Positions 31,278 to 40,993 of a DNA stretch of 64,000 nucleotides are shown piece after piece. The notes under the pieces are model-generated. The model made no database searches. It was not told the DNA's origin and saw only the letters and a program-made list of their open reading frames with translations. Origin of the DNA: Candidatus Dormiibacterota bacterium (lineage in GTDB: Bacteria > Chloroflexota > Dormibacteria > Aeolococcales > Aeolococcaceae); NCBI GenBank assembly GCA_049283735.1, contig JBAPWO010000071.1, positions 19,221-83,220 of the forward strand, written 5' to 3'. Positions within the stretch are counted from its first letter, which is position 1, and each line of letters opens with the position of its first letter. The translations under genes and the position numbers were made by a program.

Positions 31278-31661
31278 ATGAGCGTGAGAGTGTTGATCGT
31301 CGACGATCAGGCGCCGTTTCGCGATGTCGCGCGAACCGTCGTAGAGCTGACCGACGGTTTCGAGGTGGTCGGTGAGGTCGAGACCGGCGAGGATTCGGTC
31401 ACCTCCGCCCGCGATCTTCGTCCCGACCTCGTGCTCATGGATGTGAACCTTCCGGGCATCAGCGGGCTCGACGCCACCCGCCAGATCCTCGCCGGCGTCG
31501 AGGCAACCCGGCCGGTGGTGGTGCTGGTGCTGTCGACCTATGAGGCCGACGAGTACGCGCCTCGCGCTACCGAGGCGGGGGCGGCCGGATTCATCTCCAA
31601 ATCCGACTTCAGCCCCGACCGGCTCGTCGAGGCCTGGGCCTCCGCGACCGCATCGGCATAG
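31278..31661 (+). CDS. single-domain response regulator (REC only)
   Basis: MSVRVLIVDDQAPFRDVAR...LVLMDVNLPGISGLDA; 127 aa. Confidence 0.7.
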   Translation: MSVRVLIVDDQAPFRDVARTVVELTDGFEVVGEVETGEDSVTSARDLRPDLVLMDVNLPGISGLDATRQILAGVEATRPVVVLVLSTYEADEYAPRATEAGAAGFISKSDFSPDRLVEAWASATASA

Positions 31662-31667
31662 GCGCTG

Positions 31668-33809
31668 TCAGGCGAGCACAGCCTCACGCACCGGCGCGGG
31701 AAGGTCGCCACGAACTCGAGTCCCCTCACCCGGATGCGAGATCACTTCGACAGTACCGCCGAGGGCCTCGACACGGTCGACCATGTTGGTGAGCCCTGAG
31801 CCAGGCTTCACGGTCGTGGTGTCGAACCCCGACCCGTCGTCGGCGACCTCGAAGGTCAGCAAGCCAGCGGCACCCCGGAGGCGAACCATGACGTGCAGCG
31901 CCCCGGCATATTTCTGGACGTTCTGCAGCGCTTCGAGGACACAGAAGTACACCGTCGCCTCGACGTCCTGCGGGTAGCGCTCCACGTCTTCCGCGTCGAC
32001 GGTGATTGGCGATATCGCTTTGCGCGCCTGCGACTCCAGCGCAACCACCAACCCCTTGTCGGCCAGCAGCGGTGGATAGATCCCGCGTGCGAGGTCGCGA
32101 AGCGTCTCCAGCACCTCGTCGGCGTCGGCCTTCAGCTTGGTCACGGCGGCCTTCGCCTGGTCCGGGTTCGAATCCACCAGCGACTGCGCAAGCCCGAGAT
32201 TGACCTTGAGCGCAACCAGGTGTCGCTGTGCTCCGTCGTGCAAGTTGCGTTCGAGACGGCGACGTTCCTCGTCCTGGGCCCGCACCAGCCGCTGGCGCGA
32301 GGCGAGCAGCTCGTCGAGGCGGTCTCGGAGCTCAGCAGCAAGACCCACGTTTCTCAAGACCAACCCCGCCTGGTGCGCGAGGTCGTCGATGAGCTTCTGC
32401 TCGGTGGGGCTCACCGGGTCACCCCTGCGCTTGACGATGCTGAGCGCGCCGAGCAAGCGGCCCTGATGCTCCACGGGAACTGAGGTCGTCGCGCCCGGGA
32501 TCTCGGGCAACGAGCGACTGGACATCGGTAGTGCCCCCACCAATGACGCCTCCGCGTGCGGGTACGTCGCAGCGGGGCGCAGGATCGCCGGGCCCGTCAG
32601 CCACACGGTTGCTGACTGAGCAGCGGTCGCCTCCTGGAGCACACGCGCCATGAGTGGCAATACCTCGTCCGCGGCATATGCCTCGGCGACCTGACCGGAG
32701 AAGGTGGTGAGCACCTCATATGGGGTGGCACGATTCCCGTACACGAGCCGGTTGGCAATCTTCTGCACACGCTCACGGACGGGCTGAAACCCAAGAGCGA
32801 CGATGATCGTCGCGACGATCGACAGCCAGAGATTCGGCTGGCCTCCGCTGCCAACGAGTGTGCCGATGCCGACTGCGATACCGATGTACACGGCGGTGAT
32901 GAATGCCGCTAGGACGCCATACACAAGGGTTCGGCTGATGATGATGTCGATGTCGTACAGGCGGTACTTCAGCACCGCAATTCCGATGGCGACTGGTAGC
33001 GCGACCCCAAACCCCAGGAGATTGACGAACAGCCAGGCGTCATTCGTTGCAACCGCGTCCTGGGGTGCTATCACCTGCGCGACGAGAACTGCGATGGTCG
33101 CCAACGCGGTGCACACAACGACATACGCGATCCACTTCAATTGCTCTCGTTCCTCGCCGCGGGCGCGACGCAGGCGCACGAACGGCGCTGTTGCCGCGAT
33201 GAACAGGACCGCCAGCGCGACCGCCCAAACAAGGCCAAGCGGACCCTGGACGAGCACCTCGAGACTTCTGACGCCGACCGGGTTGCGGAGCTGCGGCTGA
33301 TTCTCCGGACCCTGCAGTGGTGATGCGCCGAGCGCCTGGATCACGACCGCTACTACGAGCGTGACAACAACTGCCACAGGGATCAGGGGTCGCCATCGAC
33401 GGGAGGGGAGCCGTCCGTCCGGAATCAGTAGGAGGGTCATGCTCGCGCCCCCTGCTGGATAGACGAGTTGCTCCGACCAGACGTACCACCACAGCGCCCA
33501 TTGCGCTCCGGGCAGCCCGGGGTGCGTGATCGCAGCCAGACGGGCATATTGCGCGGACAGGCCGCCGGCACCCATGACGATCGCCATGAACAGGAAGAGC
33601 CAGCCGACCGGGTTGCGGGAGCGTTGCGAGGCGATCAGGCCGCCGACGACAGCAAACGTCAACGCCATCACGATCTCGAGCGGGTTGGCGGCGTCGAAGG
33701 CGTGAATCGAGGCGCCGTTCGCAAGCGCCAGCGCCGCACAACCGACACCGAGGGCGACGCCGAACCCGGCGATGCCCCAGGCCAGTCGCGACGCGCTTCG
33801 ATCGCTCAC
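31668..33809 (-). CDS. sensor histidine kinase (polytopic membrane N-terminus, GAF-like region, HisKA_3, HATPase_c)
   Basis: LERNLHDGAQRHLVALKVNLGLAQ (HisKA_3 H-box) plus an HATPase G-box. About 8 N-terminal TM helices. Confidence 0.85.
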   Translation of the reverse strand: MSDRSASRLAWGIAGFGVALGVGCAALALANGASIHAFDAANPLEIVMALTFAVVGGLIASQRSRNPVGWLFLFMAIVMGAGGLSAQYARLAAITHPGLPGAQWALWWYVWSEQLVYPAGGASMTLLLIPDGRLPSRRWRPLIPVAVVVTLVVAVVIQALGASPLQGPENQPQLRNPVGVRSLEVLVQGPLGLVWAVALAVLFIAATAPFVRLRRARGEEREQLKWIAYVVVCTALATIAVLVAQVIAPQDAVATNDAWLFVNLLGFGVALPVAIGIAVLKYRLYDIDIIISRTLVYGVLAAFITAVYIGIAVGIGTLVGSGGQPNLWLSIVATIIVALGFQPVRERVQKIANRLVYGNRATPYEVLTTFSGQVAEAYAADEVLPLMARVLQEATAAQSATVWLTGPAILRPAATYPHAEASLVGALPMSSRSLPEIPGATTSVPVEHQGRLLGALSIVKRRGDPVSPTEQKLIDDLAHQAGLVLRNVGLAAELRDRLDELLASRQRLVRAQDEERRRLERNLHDGAQRHLVALKVNLGLAQSLVDSNPDQAKAAVTKLKADADEVLETLRDLARGIYPPLLADKGLVVALESQARKAISPITVDAEDVERYPQDVEATVYFCVLEALQNVQKYAGALHVMVRLRGAAGLLTFEVADDGSGFDTTTVKPGSGLTNMVDRVEALGGTVEVISHPGEGTRVRGDLPAPVREAVLA

Positions 33810-35944
33810 ACTGCCGCCGCCACAATCGCCCGCACCTTGACGGGCAACGTGCCCCGAATGATCGTGCCGGTTCTCGGCTGAGAGGTCACCTCGAGAACCC
33901 CACCGAGCGCGTCCGCTCGGTCGTGCATGTTGGCCAGGCCGGCTCCCTGCTTCGCCGTCGTCGCGTCGAAGCCCCTGCCGTCGTCCCGAACGTCGAAGAT
34001 CAGCGCGTCGTCTTCGCCATGAAGGCGCACCACGACGCGGGACGCATCCGCGTATTTCTGCACGTTCTGCAACGCCTCGAGCACGCAGAAGTACACCGTG
34101 GCCTCCACGTCCTGCGTGTAGCGGCCGACGCTCTCGGCTTCGAGCGTCACCGGCACCGTCGCCTTGCGTGCCTGCGACTCCAGCGCCACCACCAAACCCT
34201 TGTCGGCAAGGAGGGGCGGATAGATGCCGCGAGCGAGATCTCGCAGCGTCTCCAGCGCCTCGTCAGCATCACCCTTGAGCTGCTCCAGGGTTGTCTTTGC
34301 CTTCTCGGCGTCTCGGGTGAGCAGCATCTCCGCAAGGCCCAGCTTCACCTTGAGCGCCACGAGGTGCTGCTGCGCACCATCATGGAGATTCCGTTCCAGG
34401 CGACGGCGTTCGAGATCCTGCGCATGCACCAACCGCTGGCGAGAGGCGCGCAGGTCGTCGAGGCGGGCCCGCAGGTCGGCACTGAGGCCGACGTTCTTGA
34501 GAACGAGTCCTGCCTGGTGGGCAAGATCATCGACGAGCTTCTCCTCGATCGGCGTCAACGCCTCCCCGCGACGCTTGGTCACGCTGAGAGCACCGAGCAG
34601 TTCCCCCTGGTGGCGCACCTCGACGGCATGCGTCGCTTCGAGGAGCGCGGGCAATGTCCCATTGCTCAGTGGCAATGAGCGGTGAGCCGCTTTGCTGTCT
34701 GGATGCGTGGCCGCTGGACGTAATTCGGTCAACCCTCGCAACCACACCGTCGCCGACTCGGATCCGGTTCCTTCCTGGAGGACACGCGCCATACGCGGCA
34801 GTACCTCATCAGCGGCATACGTCTCTGCCACGCGACCTGAGAACTCGCTGAGCACCTCGTAGGGTGTCGCGCGCTTCCCATAGACGAGTCGGTTCGCGAC
34901 CTTCTGGACGCGCTCGCGAACCGGCTGGAAGCCGATCGCAACGATCGCCGTGGCCAGGATCGACAGCGCCAGGTTGGGTTTCCCCCCACTCCCGACCAGC
35001 GTTCCGATCCCCACCGCGATGCCCACGTACGCCGCGGTGATGAACACCGCCAGCGACCCGTACACCAGCGTCCGGCTGATGACAATGTCGATGTCATAGA
35101 GCCGGTGCTTGAAGATCGCCACGCCGGCGGCGATCGGAAACAGGATGCCGAATCCGATCGCGAGGTCGGCGTTGGTGGTGGCCGTCGAAGCTGGCAGGAA
35201 CGTCAACGGGATGTACGCAACCGCTGTGACGGTGACCGCGTACGCGATCCACTTCAGCTGCTGGCGCTCGTCTCCCGCAGCCCGGCGCATGCGCACCAGC
35301 GGCGCGATCGCTGCGGCAAGGAAGAGCGCGAGGCACGGAAGCCAGAGCAGGCCGAGTGCCTGCACCGCGGCCTCGACGCCTCCGGTGACGGGAAGCCCGA
35401 CGGGGTTGTTCGGTGTCGCGAAATTGGTGTTCGTGCTCAACGGGCCCGGATAGAACATGCTGACCGGGATGAGCACAGCGGTGGCCACCACGCAGATGAC
35501 AGCGAGCGGCTTCCACCGACGGGACGGCAGATGTCCGTCGGGGAAGAGCAGCAGTACGAGCGCCACGGCGCCCGCGGGAAAGATCGCGCTGGTGACCCAG
35601 CCGTCGACCCACAATGCCCAGATCCCCGCCGGCGCCCCGGGGTGGGTCACGAAGGCAAAATGTGCATATCCATCCGCGACGCCTTGGATGCCACCCACCG
35701 CCGCGATGAAGAGGAAAAGCCAGCCGACCGGGTTCTGCCGCTGCCGCATGGCCACCAGCGCGCCGAGGATGCCGAACGTGATCGGGGTGTCGAACGCCGG
35801 CAGTTCAGCGTTGAGCAGTCCGTGAAACGACGGCGCGTTGGCGATCGCGAGCGCGATGCTTGCCGCAGCCGTCAGAAGGGCGAACACGCCCGCCGTCACC
35901 GCCAGCGCCCGAACGCCCGCGCCTCGCGACCCGGCGGCGTTCAT
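33806..35944 (-). CDS. sensor histidine kinase, tandem paralogue of 31668-33809
   Basis: LERNLHDGAQQHLVALKVKLGLAE and the same architecture as its neighbour. ATGA overlaps at both ends. Start trimmed to MNAAGSRG (35944). Confidence 0.85.
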   Translation of the reverse strand: MNAAGSRGAGVRALAVTAGVFALLTAAASIALAIANAPSFHGLLNAELPAFDTPITFGILGALVAMRQRQNPVGWLFLFIAAVGGIQGVADGYAHFAFVTHPGAPAGIWALWVDGWVTSAIFPAGAVALVLLLFPDGHLPSRRWKPLAVICVVATAVLIPVSMFYPGPLSTNTNFATPNNPVGLPVTGGVEAAVQALGLLWLPCLALFLAAAIAPLVRMRRAAGDERQQLKWIAYAVTVTAVAYIPLTFLPASTATTNADLAIGFGILFPIAAGVAIFKHRLYDIDIVISRTLVYGSLAVFITAAYVGIAVGIGTLVGSGGKPNLALSILATAIVAIGFQPVRERVQKVANRLVYGKRATPYEVLSEFSGRVAETYAADEVLPRMARVLQEGTGSESATVWLRGLTELRPAATHPDSKAAHRSLPLSNGTLPALLEATHAVEVRHQGELLGALSVTKRRGEALTPIEEKLVDDLAHQAGLVLKNVGLSADLRARLDDLRASRQRLVHAQDLERRRLERNLHDGAQQHLVALKVKLGLAEMLLTRDAEKAKTTLEQLKGDADEALETLRDLARGIYPPLLADKGLVVALESQARKATVPVTLEAESVGRYTQDVEATVYFCVLEALQNVQKYADASRVVVRLHGEDDALIFDVRDDGRGFDATTAKQGAGLANMHDRADALGGVLEVTSQPRTGTIIRGTLPVKVRAIVAAAV

Positions 35945-37257
35945 GCTGACGCCATGCCCATGCGGTACGCGCCGACCGGCGTCTGACGGCCCTTGACCAG
36001 CGCGGGCTCGATGCGTTCGGCATCGGGCTTCTCCATCAGTGCGTCGTAGGTCGGCTCGCTCAGCACCGTCTGCCCACCCTCGCCCCACTGCTGGAGGCGC
36101 TGCGCGAGGTTGACAGCGTCGCCCACCAGCGAATACTCGAGACGCTCCTCCGAGCCGAGCAGCGCAGCGGCGACATCACCGGTTGAGAGGCCGATACCGA
36201 GATGAAACGGCGGCAATCCTTCAGCCGCCCATGCTGCGTTCACCTCGTTTTGGGCATCGTGCATGGCGAGGGCCGCGGCCAGCGAACGCTCCGCATGGTC
36301 GAGTTGCGGGAACGGCGCACCGAACACCGCCATCACCGCGTCGCCAACGAACTGCATCACCGTTCCGTGCTCGGCGAGCACCGCGTGATTCATGGCGGCG
36401 CGATGCTCGTTGAGCTGGCCGGCGAGCACCGAGGGATCGGACTTCTCGGCGATCGTGGAGTACGCGCGTATGTCCGACATCAGCACCGTGACCGTGAGGC
36501 GCTCCGTCCTGCCCGGCTCGACGCCGTGCTCGCGCATCTGCTGGGCGATGCCACCGGGCAGCATCCTGCTCAGGCTCTCGCCCTGCTCCTCGCGATCGAT
36601 GATCACCTTGTGCAGGAGACGCAGCCGCTCGAGCGCGCCCTGGGTTCCGGCACTCGCCTGCTGCGCGAGCTTGAGGAAGAGCTGCTCCACATCGTCGGCA
36701 ACCGATGCCGGCGTGGAGTGCAGCGACGCGGCGATCGCCTTGATCGGTTTGCCCTCGGCAACCATGCGCAGCAGTCGCTCCTCGACCCCGGTTAAGCCAC
36801 CGGCGTCGCTCACCGGCCTGGTGAGCGCGTCGACGATGCGAGGGTCGAGCATCGATCCCCCGGTGCTGACCTCACGGACGGCTCGAGCCAGTTGATCGCC
36901 CTCCGCAACCCGATCCTTGAGCAGGTACGCGTACCCGGCGGCTCCCTCGCTGAGCAGCGAGATCGCGTACTCGGGTTCGTCGTACTGGGAAAGGATCACG
37001 ATCCCCGTCCCGGGATGCTGCTTGCGGACGATCCGCGCGGCGCGAATGCCTTCGTCGGTGAAGTCGGGGGGCATGCGGATATCGGTCACCACCACCTGGG
37101 GCAGGTGCTCGGCCGCTCCGGCCAGGAGCTCGTTGTAGTCACCCGCCACCCCGACGACCTCAACGTCTCCCGAGATGGCGAGCAGCGCGCGCACGCCTTC
37201 GCGGACTATCAGGTTGTCGTCGGCGAGCACGACGCGAATCGACTGCTCCAACGCCAT
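35941..37257 (-). CDS. response regulator with REC, LuxR-type HTH and class III adenylate/guanylate cyclase domains
   Basis: REC IRVVLADDNLIVREG...VVVTDIRMPP; HTH EERLLRMVAEGKPIKAIAASLHST; cyclase core TVLMSDIRAYSTIAEK...FVGDAVMAVFGAP...GIGLSTGDVAA. Confidence 0.8.
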   Translation of the reverse strand: MALEQSIRVVLADDNLIVREGVRALLAISGDVEVVGVAGDYNELLAGAAEHLPQVVVTDIRMPPDFTDEGIRAARIVRKQHPGTGIVILSQYDEPEYAISLLSEGAAGYAYLLKDRVAEGDQLARAVREVSTGGSMLDPRIVDALTRPVSDAGGLTGVEERLLRMVAEGKPIKAIAASLHSTPASVADDVEQLFLKLAQQASAGTQGALERLRLLHKVIIDREEQGESLSRMLPGGIAQQMREHGVEPGRTERLTVTVLMSDIRAYSTIAEKSDPSVLAGQLNEHRAAMNHAVLAEHGTVMQFVGDAVMAVFGAPFPQLDHAERSLAAALAMHDAQNEVNAAWAAEGLPPFHLGIGLSTGDVAAALLGSEERLEYSLVGDAVNLAQRLQQWGEGGQTVLSEPTYDALMEKPDAERIEPALVKGRQTPVGAYRMGMASA

Positions 37258-37401
37258 CGCTCAACTGTAGTCAGCGCAGCGCACTGCGAAAGGGGGCTGC
37301 CACCACGTTCTCAGGGGGTGACCATCACCCCCGACTTGTGGTCCGGGCACCCTCGACCACCCGCATCGGGAGCGCGATGATCCGCGCCACGGAGGTACGT
37401 C

Positions 37402-38403
37402 ATGCGCATCGAATCGTCGGTCACATCAATCTCGTGGATTCCATCCGAGGCCGTCCAGGGGCTCACCAAGGTCCCATTCGAGATGGGCCTGGCGCACTAC
37501 GACGATCCGCCGCCGGATCACGTCGATTCGCTCGCAGCGCTCCAGGAGGCGGATCGGTTTCGGTTCGCCAATCATCTGAGCGCGTGGATCGAGGTCGACG
37601 GGGGCCGGATCGTCGACCGCGGTCAGGCGGGCGGCGGGCAGATCGGCTCGACGACCATCAGACTGGGAGGCCGCGGCATGACCTTCGCGGCGGTGGCGTT
37701 CCCGGACAAGCGCCCGGTACCCGTCGCCGGCGACGGTTGGGTTCGGTTCACCCAGACCGCCGGCGGACGCACCGGGGTCCCGGCGCCTCGCAAGGTCAAT
37801 CGACCCCCCTTCATCCAGCTCGCGGCACCGCTCGCGTGGACGAGCCTGACGCTGACGCTCTTCTCCGACGGGAGGTCGCTGCACGAGCTCACCGGCGCCA
37901 GTCCGTTCCCGCGCCACTGGGTCTACGACCACGATCGGAATCTCGCTCAGAAATCGGGTTTGGTGGACTTCAAGCGCTGGTATCAGCACGCGTTCGGGAC
38001 GCACACGCCCTGGGGCGACGAGGACTCGCCGGCGCTGGTCACCGAGGTCGAGACGGCGTTGGAGCGCGAGCTCTCGCAGCGCATCATGCGCAGTGGCCTG
38101 AAACCTCGCATCCAGCAGATCAAGGCGGGCGCGACCCTCGTGGAGCAGGGCGATGAGGGGCGCGATATGTATGTGCTGCTCGACGGCGTGCTCACGGTCG
38201 AGGTTGACGGCGAGGCGGTGGCGCAGCTCGGACCGGGCGCGGTGGTCGGCGAGCGGGCGTTGCTCGAGGGTGGCCGGCGAACCGCCACCCTCCGCGCGGT
38301 CACGCCGTCGAAGGTCGCCGCCGCGTCAGGCGCCGAGCTGTCTCCCGAAATGCTCAGTGAGCTGGCTGCCGGGCATCGCCGGGAAGGGGCGCAGCCTGGC
38401 TGA
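37402..38403 (+). CDS. protein with unknown N-terminal domain and C-terminal cyclic-nucleotide-binding domain
   Basis: C-terminal 110 aa IKAGATLVEQGDEGRDMYVLLDGVLTVE...LGPGAVVGERALLEGGRRTATLRA (CAP_ED). Transcribed divergently from the cyclase regulator. Confidence 0.75.
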   Translation: MRIESSVTSISWIPSEAVQGLTKVPFEMGLAHYDDPPPDHVDSLAALQEADRFRFANHLSAWIEVDGGRIVDRGQAGGGQIGSTTIRLGGRGMTFAAVAFPDKRPVPVAGDGWVRFTQTAGGRTGVPAPRKVNRPPFIQLAAPLAWTSLTLTLFSDGRSLHELTGASPFPRHWVYDHDRNLAQKSGLVDFKRWYQHAFGTHTPWGDEDSPALVTEVETALERELSQRIMRSGLKPRIQQIKAGATLVEQGDEGRDMYVLLDGVLTVEVDGEAVAQLGPGAVVGERALLEGGRRTATLRAVTPSKVAAASGAELSPEMLSELAAGHRREGAQPG

Positions 38404-39199
38404 TCGCAGCACGGACTCGATCCAGGGCGACCTCCGGCGGCAAGGTGGCGAGCTCCACCCGCCGGCCGCTCAGCAGCCAGTCGATCTCGGCGCCGTCCAA
38501 GAGCATGCTGAGGTCGCGGGGAAGGCGCGCCGGGGCACCTTCGATGACCTGATGCGAAGCCCCGGCGACCTCTCGAGGGCGCAGTCCGCCATCCACGACC
38601 TCAACACCCGAATCGCGGAGATCCTGGACGAGCGCCACGCCGCGCGGCGACGCGTCGTGGAGCACGACCACCCGGGTGCCGGGTCCGGGCATCCCGTCCT
38701 GGCTCGCAGGGATCACCCTGACCGAGCCAAGCTCCGCTCGCTCGGCGTTCGCGGCGATCATCGCCGCGGTATCCGGCGTGTCGCTGACGATCGTGACCGG
38801 CGCTGCGGCGCTCTGCGCCGAGGCGGGACCGGTATCGGGCGAGATCAACCCTTCCAGGCGAAGGGGCCCGAAGCGGCTGCGGAATTCGTCAAATGAGACG
38901 GCGAGAAGCCGCCCGGTCAAGTTCGGACGCCGCATCCGCCCGAGGATTCCGGCAAGCACGAGAGCCACTCCGAGGGTCACGAACAGCGCGAAGACGACCC
39001 TGACGGCGATGAAGGTCAGTCCCACCAGGATCAGCAGCACACCGAGGCCGATCTCGCCGTTGGATGCCGCGTCCGAGGATCCGATTTCGGCGCGGGCGCA
39101 CGTGGCGTAGTACAGCTGCCGCTGCGTATATCGCCAACCACCGGCGGCAAGCCCGGCCGCCGAGTCCTCGACGAGCGACGTGGTCACCGGAAGCGCCAT
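38354..39199 (-). CDS. hypothetical membrane protein
   Basis: MALPVTTSLVED... with 2-3 TM helices (IGLGVLLILVGLTFIAVRVVFALFVTLGVALVLAGIL). Start trimmed to 39199. Confidence 0.4.
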   Translation of the reverse strand: MALPVTTSLVEDSAAGLAAGGWRYTQRQLYYATCARAEIGSSDAASNGEIGLGVLLILVGLTFIAVRVVFALFVTLGVALVLAGILGRMRRPNLTGRLLAVSFDEFRSRFGPLRLEGLISPDTGPASAQSAAAPVTIVSDTPDTAAMIAANAERAELGSVRVIPASQDGMPGPGTRVVVLHDASPRGVALVQDLRDSGVEVVDGGLRPREVAGASHQVIEGAPARLPRDLSMLLDGAEIDWLLSGRRVELATLPPEVALDRVRAAISQAAPLPGDARQPAH

Positions 39200-39275
39200 C
39201 GCGCGGAGTGTGGCACAGGTTCCGGACGCCTGCGGACGAGTTCGCGAGCTCGCGACACAGCGATATGCTGCGGCC

Positions 39276-40985
39276 ATGGCCACCGAGCGGGATGATGCCG
39301 CGTCCGTCACGGTGGAGGAAGGAGAACCGGACTTCATCGAGGCACTCCTCGACTGGCAGGACAAGGTTCTCGAGCCGGCTCGGACGCGCGGCGAGCGAAA
39401 GGACCGCTTCGAGACCGGGAGCGGCATCCCGGTGACCCCGCTCTACACCGAAGCCGACCTCACGAGCCACGATCCGCTTCGCGACGAGGGATTTCCGGGA
39501 GTGCCGCCGTTCACGCGCGGCATTCAACCGACGATGTATCGAGGTCGCCTCTGGAGCATCCGCCAGTACGCGGGATATGGAACCGCCGGAGACGCCAACG
39601 CGCGGTTCCGCTACCTGCTCGCCCAGGGCCAACCCGGACTGTCCGTGGCGTTCGACCTCCCGACCCAGATGGGGCTGGACAGCGACGATCCCCGCAGCCT
39701 GGGCGAGGTGGGGCAGGTCGGCGTCGCCATCGACTCGGTGCGCGACATGGAGGATCTCTTCGAAGGCATTCCGCTCAGCGCAGTGAGCACCTCGATGACC
39801 ATCAACGCACCGGCGCCGGTGCTCGTGGCGATGTATGTCGTCGCCGCCGAGCGCCAGGGCCTCGACGCCGCCGCGGTCATGGGGACGGTCCAGAACGACG
39901 TGCTCAAGGAGTACATCGCTCGGGGCACCTTCATCTATCCGCCACGGCCGTCGTTGCGACTCGCGGCCGATCTGATCGTCTGGTGCACCCAGAGCGCACC
40001 GAAGTTCAATCCGATCTCGCTTTCCGGCTACCACATCCGCGAAGCGGGGAGCACCGCCGCGCAGGAGATGGCGTTTGCCCTGGCAAATGCGTGCGCCTAT
40101 GTGCAGGCGTCGGTCGATCGCGGGGCCGGTGTTGACGACTTCGCGCCCAAGCTCTCCTGGATCTTCAACACCCACATCGACTTTTTCGAGGAGATCGCAA
40201 AGTACCGAGCGCTGCGGCGGATGTGGTCGCGCATCATGGCCCACCGCTTCGGCGCACGTGATCCACGGTCCCTGATGCTCCGAACCCACACGCAGACGGG
40301 TGGTTCGACGCTGACCGCGCAGCAGCCGGAGAACAACATCGTGCGTGCCGCCATCGAGGCACTCGCCGCGGTGCTCGGCGGCGTCCAGTCTCTCGCGCTG
40401 TCGTGCTACGACGAGGCGCTCTCGATTCCGACGGAGAAGGCGCAGCGCATCGCGGTGCGGACGCAGCAGATCATCGCCGAGGAGACCGCGGTCACCAACA
40501 CCGTCGACCCATTGGGCGGCTCGTACTACGTCGAGTGGCTCACCGACGAGCTCGAACGCGAGGCGATCCGGCTCCTCGACGAGATCGACAGCCTCGGCGG
40601 CGCCGTGGCGTGCATCGAGTCCGGCTGGATGCAGCAGCACATCCAGGACGAGGCATACCGCACCGAGCGGGCGATCGCCGCCGGCGAAAAGGTGATCGTC
40701 GGCGTCAACCGCTACACCGAGACCGAGGAGGGCGGGGCGCCACTGCTCTTCCGGCCCGACGAACGGGCGATGGCCGAACAGGCCGCGCGCCTGGCCCGGC
40801 ATCGCGCCCAGCGCCATCCGGCAGCTGTCGAAGCGGCGCTCGGTGCGGTCAAGCGGGCGGCCACCTCCGACGACGCGCTGATGCCCCGCATCCTCGACGC
40901 GGTGCGAGCGGAGGCGACCCTCGGGGAGATCTGCGGCACCCTCAGATCCGTGTTCGGCGACTACCAGCCGCCGGCCACGATCTGA
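39276..40985 (+). CDS. methylmalonyl-CoA mutase-family large (catalytic) subunit, no B12-binding domain
   Basis: GFPGVPPFTRGIQPTMYRGRLWSIRQYAGYGTA...AFDLPTQMGLDSD, the MCM/ICM catalytic TIM barrel. 569 aa, ending before a cobalamin-binding domain. Confidence 0.8.
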   Translation: MATERDDAASVTVEEGEPDFIEALLDWQDKVLEPARTRGERKDRFETGSGIPVTPLYTEADLTSHDPLRDEGFPGVPPFTRGIQPTMYRGRLWSIRQYAGYGTAGDANARFRYLLAQGQPGLSVAFDLPTQMGLDSDDPRSLGEVGQVGVAIDSVRDMEDLFEGIPLSAVSTSMTINAPAPVLVAMYVVAAERQGLDAAAVMGTVQNDVLKEYIARGTFIYPPRPSLRLAADLIVWCTQSAPKFNPISLSGYHIREAGSTAAQEMAFALANACAYVQASVDRGAGVDDFAPKLSWIFNTHIDFFEEIAKYRALRRMWSRIMAHRFGARDPRSLMLRTHTQTGGSTLTAQQPENNIVRAAIEALAAVLGGVQSLALSCYDEALSIPTEKAQRIAVRTQQIIAEETAVTNTVDPLGGSYYVEWLTDELEREAIRLLDEIDSLGGAVACIESGWMQQHIQDEAYRTERAIAAGEKVIVGVNRYTETEEGGAPLLFRPDERAMAEQAARLARHRAQRHPAAVEAALGAVKRAATSDDALMPRILDAVRAEATLGEICGTLRSVFGDYQPPATI

Positions 40986-40993
40986 AGCGAGGC

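Noticed and set aside
32164-32175. GGGTTCGAATCC (tRNA T-loop consensus) inside the histidine-kinase gene
   Set aside because: No flanking acceptor or T-stem complementarity, no anticodon arm, and it lies in-frame within a conserved coding region. A chance match.
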